From: Wenzhouxiangellaceae bacterium
GTDB taxonomy: Bacteria > Pseudomonadota > Gammaproteobacteria > Xanthomonadales > Wenzhouxiangellaceae
Assembly (NCBI GenBank): GCA_965230265.1
Contig: OZ245999.1
Coordinates: 1,755,158 to 1,819,157 of the forward strand
DNA: 64,000 bases
Reading direction: 5' to 3'
Both the position numbers and the translations under genes were made by a program. Below the pieces are notes generated by a model that saw only the letters and a list, made by a program, of their open reading frames with translations, did not search any database and was not told the origin of the DNA. Shown one piece after another: positions 9,849 to 18,366 of this stretch. The first letter of the stretch is position 1. Each line of letters begins with the position of its first letter.

Positions 9849-10301
9849 TTAACTCTCTGGTGACAGTGTCTGGCTGACCCAGCCCAATACCACACCACCA
9901 ACGATGCAATACACCAAGGAATCAACAGCCCACCAGCCCCAAATTGCATCGGGAAGGTTAAAAATGCCAGACCAGCCGGCCATTTGGCAAATCGCCAGGA
10001 ACCACAGCACAAAACCGTATTTCAAACCTTTCAGCCAGCCGGCGCCATTAAATGCACTGCGAATAAGCGCATAGATCGCTGCGGCTATAAATGAGCAAAT
10101 TAAACCAGTGGTAATCCAGCGCGGCATTAATGCCGCCATGTCAGGCGGGTCCTGAACCAGTTCAGGCCGCCAAAAACTGGCATTGGCCATATATAAGCTG
10201 TCTAGCACACCTTCATGAATCAGTGGCCCAGTCAAAAAGGACATCAAAAACTGTGCAGCATATAAAGCAGCACCCCCGATAAAAATAATTTTCCAATTCA
10301 T
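9849..10301 (-). CDS. Hypothetical membrane protein
   Basis: 150 aa with 4 TM helices, followed by a terminator. Confidence 0.45.
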   Translation of the reverse strand: MNWKIIFIGGAALYAAQFLMSFLTGPLIHEGVLDSLYMANASFWRPELVQDPPDMAALMPRWITTGLICSFIAAAIYALIRSAFNGAGWLKGLKYGFVLWFLAICQMAGWSGIFNLPDAIWGWWAVDSLVYCIVGGVVLGWVSQTLSPES

Positions 10302-10410
10302 TGATAAACTCCCGGATTGTTATAGTAGTCCACCATTGCGGTATCACGAGTATAGAGGGCCATGGGTTAAGCTGTCGAATTCAACTGCCTGCCAACGAAC
10401 AACCATGCAA

Positions 10411-11541
10411 TCAATAACCTGTCAACTCAACATAACCATAACCAGGCGTCGGTTGCCCCATCAAGCGGGCTCGTACATCCACAGCACCTTCCCAATACCT
10501 GACCCAACCCCGCCAGTGTTGATTGGGTATTACAGCGCTAATCTCTAATTCCAGGTTCAATCGTTCGATGGTCATCGTCCAGGAGACTGGATAACGCTTA
10601 CCCGTCTCTGGTTCTCGCCAAAAGTCATGTGGTTTCAATTGAACATCATCGACGGTGAGCCGGGTAACCTGACCGACCGGATCAACCCATACGCCTGCGC
10701 TGGCAGCATCAGCACTACTGTCACTTAATCTCAGACGATAAAACATCAACTCGTATTGATTATCCAGTTGCAGAGCAAACCAGTCCCAACCTGCCTGGCG
10801 GGCATTCAAAGCGCTGGTGCTCCATTCTCTGTCAAACCAGCTATCGCCTGTCACTATCAGTTGCTGCTCAACCTGCTGTTGATTGAACAACCGTAACTCA
10901 CCATTGGTTTGCAAACGGGTTTGGCTGTAGTAATAAGAAGCATTTAATGGATCATCCGCGCTTTTCTGGCTTAAACCGTTATCTCCCTGCAGCACCACCG
11001 GCTTGCTCGATTCCAACATCATTGACAGGCTAAATTCATCGGCCTGAATCTCCAGCTGGTAAGGGCCTTGCGGTACTGGTTGATACAAGCGCCAACCATT
11101 GGACTGGACATCCAATCCGTTGTTGGTTGCACCAGCCAACCCAGCTAATTCACGATTTAGATGCTCACTGGTTAAAAACACGCCATTGTCCACATCCGTC
11201 AATGCAGCCTGTGCCAACCAAACAGCATCCGATTCCCATAATGATTCGCTCTGTTCTTTGGGATCGATAACAAAGCGGAAGAAAGTCACCTGATAACCAA
11301 ACCGACGTCCTGCAGATTCAAGGTTGCCAGTTAAATACCACCACTCGCTGCGAAACCCCGGGTGTTTACCGTGATCCCTCGGAAAACTGAATTGACGTGG
11401 ACGGTCAGCCCTTAGAAAACCTTCGGTTGCCGGCAAGGAAAGCAGTTCCACACCACTGCGTTCGTTATTCTGCGAGGCAAAATCACAGGCAAGCATCATC
11501 ACACCCAGCATACCGCCCATCAAAAAATTGACCATTTTCAT
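10411..11541 (-). CDS. AttH-like (CrtC/lipocalin-like, hydroxyneurosporene-synthase-fold) lipoprotein of the AttFGH-type ABC system
   Basis: Signal/lipobox-like N-terminus after the MKMVNF start. The start ATG overlaps the permease stop as ATGA. The pattern 'HxxxxxEWWYxTGN' resembles the AttH/CrtC N-domain. Confidence 0.6.
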   Translation of the reverse strand: MKMVNFLMGGMLGVMMLACDFASQNNERSGVELLSLPATEGFLRADRPRQFSFPRDHGKHPGFRSEWWYLTGNLESAGRRFGYQVTFFRFVIDPKEQSESLWESDAVWLAQAALTDVDNGVFLTSEHLNRELAGLAGATNNGLDVQSNGWRLYQPVPQGPYQLEIQADEFSLSMMLESSKPVVLQGDNGLSQKSADDPLNASYYYSQTRLQTNGELRLFNQQQVEQQLIVTGDSWFDREWSTSALNARQAGWDWFALQLDNQYELMFYRLRLSDSSADAASAGVWVDPVGQVTRLTVDDVQLKPHDFWREPETGKRYPVSWTMTIERLNLELEISAVIPNQHWRGWVRYWEGAVDVRARLMGQPTPGYGYVELTGY

Positions 11542-14039
11542 AGACTCGTCACCCAACCATTGTCTGCCGATGACGCTGCGCGATTGGTACGGATACACAA
11601 CAGAGCTGCCAACAAGGTAGCCAATAAACCCACAACTGCAGCCAGCAGGTAATGTTCTGGTAATAAGCGCACAGCGATATGCCAGCCAAATGCACGCTGA
11701 TTGATAACCTCACACAACATCCACGCCAATAAAGCCCCCAAAGGCAACGCCAGCAATACGGCCAGAATACCTAACAGACTCGACTCGTAGAGCATCAGCC
11801 GTCGTTGCTCTGTCACACTCAGGCCTAAGCGCTGCAATAATTGCAGTTCATGACGACGCCCCAATTGCAAAGCCAACAACGCCCCACTGACACCTATCAA
11901 TGCCACCAACGCGACAATCCAGCGTAAAGCATTGGTGAGTAAAAAGGTTTGATCAAAAATCCGCAGTGTTTCAGATTTGATGTCGTCCGTCGGGAACCAA
12001 TCCATGGTCATAGGCAGGCTATTTAGTCTTTGCTGCACCCGCTCTAAAGAACTTTCCGGCTGGGCCGGTTTTAAATAAATGCCCAAACCAGTCGCTGACA
12101 TTGGTGTTGATACCAGCGCCGAGCGTAAAACCACCATGCGCCCTGCCCCTGCTCGATAGTCTTGAAAAACCCCTGCTACCCTTGCATCCACAGATGCTTG
12201 CAATGCAGGGATATCAAAACGGACGCTCTGGCCGGTTTCGATACCCTGTCTGGCTGCCAGGGTTTCCCCCACCATCACTGGGACTAACTGATGGTTTTGT
12301 GCCTGCCAAACACTTTGCCCGGATAACATCCGATACGATTGCTGTCCCTGTTCAGGTAGCTCGATAATACTCAGCTCAGCCCTGTAATCCGTCAGGCGAA
12401 TAGCTTCCGTACGCAACCAGCCCACTGCAGCCACTTCAGGCCACTGCTGGATATCATGCTGCAGGCTGTCTGGTAAATCTTTACCTTCCGCACCAATATA
12501 AGCATCGGCACTCAAGGTAACATCCATCCAATCACTGACACTCAGGCGAAAGCTATTAATCATGCTGCCAATACCAACAATGCTTGCCACTGCCAATACC
12601 AGCGCGATCAGAGCAGGACCAGTATGTTCCAGACTGGCTTGTAAACGGCGAGCAGCCACTACCCCCAACATACGCCGCCAATCAATCCAATGACGAAAAA
12701 TACCTGCCAACACACCAAGCACCGCTACTGATAACAACAGATAGCCCATGGTGACAGCAAATAATCCTGCCAGCGCCAGTAACAGCTGGTCATTGGTGAA
12801 TAATAAAACCACCCCCGATAGCAATAGCAAAATACCAACAATAACCGGCCAGCGATGGGCACCCATGACCGGAGGTCTGCCGATATAACCTGTTTTGTAA
12901 ACTTTCCACACCAACGGTGTTGCCGCCAACAATGCTCCACCAATACCTGCCAGCACACTCAATACCAGCATTTTCGCAGTTATCTGAATACTGCTGTTAA
13001 ACCCTGATACCCATAAATCCGATAGCGTTTGTTGTATCCAGCCAATCACCAAATACGCCAGCCCCAAACCCATCACTAAGCCCGCCACTGTACCAACCAG
13101 CCCAAGCAATAAAGCTTCCCGCAATGCATCATAGGCCTGAGATGCCGGACTGCTGCCTAGGGCATGCCGTAAACGTGTCAATGAACTGCGTTGCAACAGC
13201 AGCAAACGAAAGGTACTGAATACAATCAACACGCCCATTAACAAAGCCAGCAATCCCATTGCCAGCAGATTTAAACCAAATGCTGCTCCTATTCCGGACT
13301 GGTCAGCATTGCTAGGACGCAACTCCAACTCAGGCGGCAGATGTTCCAGCAGTTGTCGAGCCTGTTGGCTATTCATTTGTAGGCGTACACTGTCAATGCC
13401 ATCACGGTTGAACAACCGTGCAGCCACGCCTATATCGACGACAATGACATTCTCGGCCAATACGCTGTCAGGGTTGGTTTGACCCGCCAGCTGCAAAGCG
13501 ATTGTTTGATCAGCCCACTGCAGTGTCAATTGCCGGGTATCATCAGTCGCCAGCAATCGGGGACTGACCAGTGCCATTGGCTCTCCACCCAGCCATGCAG
13601 CCATATCAATATCATCTGTACTCGGTAACAAACTTGCCGCCAATGAAGCACCGGTAGCCTCTTTGGAGAATGCCGCCTCACTGATTACATCAACCCCCAG
13701 TACCGTTACCCGTAGACTGTCTTGTTGATGATTGGTTGTTTGCAATCTGGCACGTTCACGTATTACCGGCGCCATCGCCACGCTGGGTAAACGCTTGCGA
13801 ATTCGGTAATAATCATCCAGGCTTATTTGGCTTTGTAGCGCCACCACAGTGTGTGTGCTCGTGCCCTGCATGAGTTGCAGATTACGACCAAATGAAGTCT
13901 CGATTGCCTGCCGTGCTGCAGTGACGGCAACAATCGCCGCCACACCAACGCTGACGCCTAAAATACCCAGCACAAGCTGTAATGGGTGCGCACGGAAATA
14001 ACGCCAGGATGACAACCAACGCAACCGCTGGGCACTCAT
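11538..14039 (-). CDS. ABC transporter permease, FtsX/MacB-like with duplicated FtsX domains
   Basis: About 830 aa with two four-helix FtsX-like bundles separated by large periplasmic domains. The probable start is MSAQRLRW (14039); the track extension to 14147 overlaps the ATPase gene. Confidence 0.75.
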   Translation of the reverse strand: MSAQRLRWLSSWRYFRAHPLQLVLGILGVSVGVAAIVAVTAARQAIETSFGRNLQLMQGTSTHTVVALQSQISLDDYYRIRKRLPSVAMAPVIRERARLQTTNHQQDSLRVTVLGVDVISEAAFSKEATGASLAASLLPSTDDIDMAAWLGGEPMALVSPRLLATDDTRQLTLQWADQTIALQLAGQTNPDSVLAENVIVVDIGVAARLFNRDGIDSVRLQMNSQQARQLLEHLPPELELRPSNADQSGIGAAFGLNLLAMGLLALLMGVLIVFSTFRLLLLQRSSLTRLRHALGSSPASQAYDALREALLLGLVGTVAGLVMGLGLAYLVIGWIQQTLSDLWVSGFNSSIQITAKMLVLSVLAGIGGALLAATPLVWKVYKTGYIGRPPVMGAHRWPVIVGILLLLSGVVLLFTNDQLLLALAGLFAVTMGYLLLSVAVLGVLAGIFRHWIDWRRMLGVVAARRLQASLEHTGPALIALVLAVASIVGIGSMINSFRLSVSDWMDVTLSADAYIGAEGKDLPDSLQHDIQQWPEVAAVGWLRTEAIRLTDYRAELSIIELPEQGQQSYRMLSGQSVWQAQNHQLVPVMVGETLAARQGIETGQSVRFDIPALQASVDARVAGVFQDYRAGAGRMVVLRSALVSTPMSATGLGIYLKPAQPESSLERVQQRLNSLPMTMDWFPTDDIKSETLRIFDQTFLLTNALRWIVALVALIGVSGALLALQLGRRHELQLLQRLGLSVTEQRRLMLYESSLLGILAVLLALPLGALLAWMLCEVINQRAFGWHIAVRLLPEHYLLAAVVGLLATLLAALLCIRTNRAASSADNGWVTSL

Positions 14040-14082
14040 TGCTCTGGTAATGATTAATTCAGACACTGTGGTTTTGTAACCA

Positions 14083-14766
14083 TCATTCGAACACCAGCTG
14101 GCCTTGCTGCAGACGGGCGACTGTATCCAGGCCATCGGGTAATTCACTGCTATGTGTGACCAATACCAGACCAGCCTGACGACTTCTGCAGGCCGAAATC
14201 AATAGTTCAATCACCAACCGGGCATTATCCAGATCCAAATTCCCCGTTGGCTCGTCCGCCAGCACCAAAGCAGGTTTGTGTGCCAAAGCTCTGGCCACAG
14301 CCACTCGCTGCTGCTCACCACCAGATAACTGTGCAGGAAAGCGATCATGCTTGTCGGCAATACCCAGGCTACTCAAAAACTCCAGCAACTCATCCCCCTG
14401 CGTCATTTGTTGGTTCAGAGCACAAACAAACTGCAGGTTTTCAAGCACCGTTAGGGTGGGAATCAGGTTAAATTGCTGAAAGATTAAGCCAATATGCTGC
14501 CGTCGAAAAGCGGTACGCTGTGTTTCATTCATCTGATCCAGCGACTGTTCACAGACTTTCAGGTTACCCGAACTTACCGGCAACAACCCTGCACAGGCGT
14601 GCAGCAAGGTGGTTTTCCCCGAACCACTGCGACCCAGCAATGCCATCTGCTGCCCCGCCAATAAATTAAAGCTGAGCTTATCCAGAATAGGCGGCTGATC
14701 AGTTGCTGCAGGGTAACGTAGTTGAACGTTGCTGGCTTGAATGACTTCAGATTCAAAATGATTCAT
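14083..14766 (-). CDS. ABC transporter ATP-binding protein (LolD/MacB-ATPase-like)
   Basis: Walker A 'GRSGSGKTT', ABC signature 'LSGGEQQRVAVARAL' and Walker B 'LVLADEPTGNLD' are all present. Confidence 0.9.
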   Translation of the reverse strand: MNHFESEVIQASNVQLRYPAATDQPPILDKLSFNLLAGQQMALLGRSGSGKTTLLHACAGLLPVSSGNLKVCEQSLDQMNETQRTAFRRQHIGLIFQQFNLIPTLTVLENLQFVCALNQQMTQGDELLEFLSSLGIADKHDRFPAQLSGGEQQRVAVARALAHKPALVLADEPTGNLDLDNARLVIELLISACRSRQAGLVLVTHSSELPDGLDTVARLQQGQLVFE

Positions 14767-14869
14767 GTCGTCAATGTTCGCATGAATCCCGCTTGAGTTG
14801 AACGGCAGCTTAAATTCTACCCGGCGTGATGTTCAGACACGCCGGGGCCATTCAAAATAACCGATCTAT

Positions 14870-15658
14870 TTATTCTGCTGGTTTGCGGAATAAAAAAGTA
14901 AAGCGGTCGGTATTACCTGACACCGTTTTACGGCCGACCTCATAACGCAGCTCATCATCCAGGCGTGAGTGCAAAGTGGTGTAATCCACAAACTCAAAGC
15001 CAGCCTCCTGGATTTCCTTAATGGCCAACACCGGATCAACACGACGACGGTTCTCAGAGTTATCCGCTTCCATATGCCGACGGGTATGATCGACCACACC
15101 ATAGATACCACCTGGCTTTAAAGCAGCAAATACCGCCGCATTCATACTGGCGCGGCCTGCGGCATCAAAGTTATGCACATTGCGGAATGTCAACGCTGCA
15201 TCCAAGCCAGTTACGCCCAAAGAAAAAGCACCAATGGTCGCCAGCCGGCCGTCTTCGCTACGGCCTATCTGTGCATCAATGCTTAACAGCTCAACTTGCT
15301 CGAAACCAGGTTCATTCAGCAGTTCAGAAGCTTCCAAACGCCCGGTACCCAAACCGACATACAATTTGCCTGTATCGCGCAAGGCAGGGGCGAGTAACTT
15401 GGTGTACCAGCCTGCACCTGGAATCAACTCCAGCACACGCATGTTTTCATCAATACCAAAAAAATCCAGTGTCTGCTCCGGCAGGCGATTGGCATCGCGC
15501 TCTATCTCTGCCTCCGTGCGGATGTCGGACTGCATAGCAGCTTCAATATTTTGCAAAAATGGACGCTTTTCCTCTTCTGCTACTGGCTGCGCGGTCACTG
15601 CCGTAGCCAACAATGTCAGCGCTAAAAATAAACATAGTGTCAATAAACGGTATCGCAT
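14870..15658 (-). CDS. Signal-peptide-bearing class-I SAM methyltransferase-like protein (paralogue B)
   Basis: Paralogue of 8918..9802. I re-assigned the start to ATG 15658 (MRYRLLTLCLFLA… signal peptide) with an AGGGA RBS. Confidence 0.6.
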   Translation of the reverse strand: MRYRLLTLCLFLALTLLATAVTAQPVAEEEKRPFLQNIEAAMQSDIRTEAEIERDANRLPEQTLDFFGIDENMRVLELIPGAGWYTKLLAPALRDTGKLYVGLGTGRLEASELLNEPGFEQVELLSIDAQIGRSEDGRLATIGAFSLGVTGLDAALTFRNVHNFDAAGRASMNAAVFAALKPGGIYGVVDHTRRHMEADNSENRRRVDPVLAIKEIQEAGFEFVDYTTLHSRLDDELRYEVGRKTVSGNTDRFTFLFRKPAE

Positions 15659-15768
15659 GGAATTTTCCCTGTGTTTTACGTTAACAAAAACTTCTGGCAT
15701 TCTAGCGGCTTGGGGCGTAGACAACCACCTGGGGCGAATGAAACCAACACCACCAAACGGGAGCTTAT

Positions 15769-16198
15769 CGTGAATCACAACATTGCCATCGAAAACCTTG
15801 CGCCCATTCGTTTTATTGCCCGTTGGATGTTAGGCATCATCTTTGGCATGGCAGGCTTCTGGAAAGTGTTTACCTTGGGTAGTGCCAATCATGCCAATCA
15901 ATTTTTCGTGCAGGGCTTTGCTGAGCACTGGATTCCAGAATGGTTATTGTTGATGCTCGGTCACATTATCCCGTACTGGGAACTGGCTGGCGGCATATTG
16001 CTGTTGATCGGTTTTAAAGTACGCTGGGTATTGATAAGTTTTGGCCTGTTATTGTTGATAACCACATACGGCCATGCGCTGCAACAACCATTGTTTGATA
16101 TTGATGGGCATACCTTTACTCGTCTGATATTGATTTTTATAGTGTTGGCCATTGCCGATGAACACGATTGGCTAAGTGTTGATAAGCCCACCCGGTAA
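15769..16198 (+). CDS. DoxX-family membrane protein
   Basis: GTG start with a GGAG RBS. It shows the DoxX-like pattern of 4 TM helices ('…GxxKxxxG…WxExxGGxxLLxG…'). Confidence 0.5.
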
Positions 16199-16269
16199 GA
16201 TTGGCATAGTCAACGCTTAACCATCCAGCAAATCTGAACCAAAACCGGAAAAACCAGACGAATACCAGC

Positions 16270-17454
16270 ATGATCGAAAGATTTTCCTTGATAACCCAAT
16301 TAATAATTGGCCTGATACTTATCTGCCTGACATTACCTGTCACCGCTGACTCGGTCGCACCAGCACTACAGCTCAAACAATCATCGCAACACGCCAATAT
16401 TGATCGCGCCTTGATTCGCACATTTGAACATCAGTTTCATCACCTAATGAATGATGCTGATATTCCCGGTGGGGCATTTGTGATTGTTACCCCAGAGGCA
16501 ATTGCCGGCCTGGGTACATCCGGGCATACCGTTGTTGATGGCAGCGATGTGGTAACTGCGAAAACCGTTTTTCGTCTGGCTTCAGTGTCCAAAACTTTTG
16601 CAGCAGAGCTGACTGCGCTGTTGGTCGAACAAGGCAAACTCACCTGGCAAGACCCTGCCAACCGTTACGTGCCGGATTTTAAAATCAACGGTAATACCCA
16701 ACAAATCACACTGGAAGACCTACTGGGCCAAAGTACTGGCATTATCGGACATGCCTACGATCATTTAATTGAAGAAGGCCAATTGGTAGAACAGATTCTG
16801 CCTAAGTTCGCCAGCCTTAAACCCGTGTGTTCGCCCAGCACCTGTTACACCTATCAAAATGTGGCTTTCAGCCTGATTGAACCGGCCATTCAAAATGTCA
16901 GCCAGACCAGCTATACCCAAAATTTGAGCACACATATATTTGAACCGCTAAAGATGCAAACGGCCTCCGTGGGCCTGAATAATTTATTGAGCAGCAACAG
17001 CTATGCCCGCCCCCACCGCAAACGGGGCTCAAACTGGCAAGAGGTTCCGGTATTACCCACTTACTATCGCATCAGCCCCGCCGCAGGCGTCAATGCCAGC
17101 ATCCTGGATATGGCTCGCTGGCTACAGGCCCAACTGGGCGCAAACCCTGCTGTCATTCCCAAAAGTGTAGTGGACAGCGTAACGGCACCGCGCCTGCACA
17201 CGCGCGGGGATTTACGACGCAAGTTCTGGCGTGACCATTTAACGGACGCACATTATGGCCTGGGCTGGCGTGTATATCGTTGGGGTGATGAAACTTTGAT
17301 TTATCATGGTGGCTGGGTATCCGGGTTCCGAGCCGATATCGCCTTTTCACGTGAACACAATGTAGGGTTTGCATTACTGACCAATGCAGAGGGCAGTACT
17401 GTCAGTGAAATCACCACTACATTTTGGGAGATGTTTTTCGATAAGCACAAATAA
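16270..17454 (+). CDS. Serine hydrolase of the beta-lactamase / PBP-like (class C / esterase) family
   Basis: Signal peptide. The 'S-V-S-K' (SxxK) active-site motif, a YxN-like 'YTYQN' motif and a 'GGW'/'HGG' box are present. Confidence 0.8.
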   Translation: MIERFSLITQLIIGLILICLTLPVTADSVAPALQLKQSSQHANIDRALIRTFEHQFHHLMNDADIPGGAFVIVTPEAIAGLGTSGHTVVDGSDVVTAKTVFRLASVSKTFAAELTALLVEQGKLTWQDPANRYVPDFKINGNTQQITLEDLLGQSTGIIGHAYDHLIEEGQLVEQILPKFASLKPVCSPSTCYTYQNVAFSLIEPAIQNVSQTSYTQNLSTHIFEPLKMQTASVGLNNLLSSNSYARPHRKRGSNWQEVPVLPTYYRISPAAGVNASILDMARWLQAQLGANPAVIPKSVVDSVTAPRLHTRGDLRRKFWRDHLTDAHYGLGWRVYRWGDETLIYHGGWVSGFRADIAFSREHNVGFALLTNAEGSTVSEITTTFWEMFFDKHK

Positions 17455-17755
17455 TACCGACCAGACAAATGTACTTACTGATTCCTAAACACAGTTCTCT
17501 TGCCCTCACAACAATTTAGTAACATAACGAATGTTATAAATCCTGATACTTTCATCAACACTGGACTAAATACGTCAAGATTCTAATTATTAATAAACAG
17601 CCTCAAGTTATTTTGTTTAAACCTTGTTGAAAAACTCGGCAATCATAAAGTTTCAACCAGCAAGCAGGCATTTATTATCATCGACTTCCTCATTAAAATC
17701 TGCTATTACTAGCTTCCGGCAGATGCAAAGGTGAGGCAATCTGGGCAAATAAAGT

Positions 17756-18364
17756 ATGTCTGACACATTGAATGCCGCAGGTCAGCAAGACCTTACAAAG
17801 CTACTAAAAGACTGGAACCACGGTGACGCCTCAGCAGGGGATGTCCTATTCACAGAAATATATCAAGCCTTAAAAGTCATCGCTTCGAACCGGTTACGAG
17901 ATGTCAACGCATCAGTACAAACCACAGAGTTGGTACACGAAGGGTTTTTAGTACTCAGCCAGAAAGCCAGCATCCAGTGGCAAGACAGAAAACATTTTTT
18001 TGCGATCGCGGCCAACGTTATCCGCAGACTATTGGTCGATCGCGCACGAGCCAGTCATGCAGCAAAAAGAGGAGGTGCCAATACTCGGTATATTCCTCTG
18101 GATGATATTCGGCTCCCAGCATGCGATCAACAGATCGATTGGATTGAATTCGACAAAGTATTTCAAGAACTAGAGTCTCTGGACAAAACATTAACCCGCG
18201 TTATGGAGTTACGTTTAATCATGGGGCTAACTGTTCGGGAAACAGCCGATATTCTATTGGTTAGCACAGCAACCATCTCTCGAAAATGGAATTTCGGCCT
18301 GGTGTGGTTGCAAGACCGTATGACAACACCGCCGTTCCCTAAAAGAAACAATATCCAGCATTAG
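17756..18364 (+). CDS. ECF sigma factor of the STK-associated type (Sigma70_ECF, ECF43-like)
   Basis: About 200 aa with sigma region 2/4 organisation. It ends 2 nt before the kinase ATG (TAGtcATG). Confidence 0.75.
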   Translation: MSDTLNAAGQQDLTKLLKDWNHGDASAGDVLFTEIYQALKVIASNRLRDVNASVQTTELVHEGFLVLSQKASIQWQDRKHFFAIAANVIRRLLVDRARASHAAKRGGANTRYIPLDDIRLPACDQQIDWIEFDKVFQELESLDKTLTRVMELRLIMGLTVRETADILLVSTATISRKWNFGLVWLQDRMTTPPFPKRNNIQH

Positions 18365-18366
18365 TC

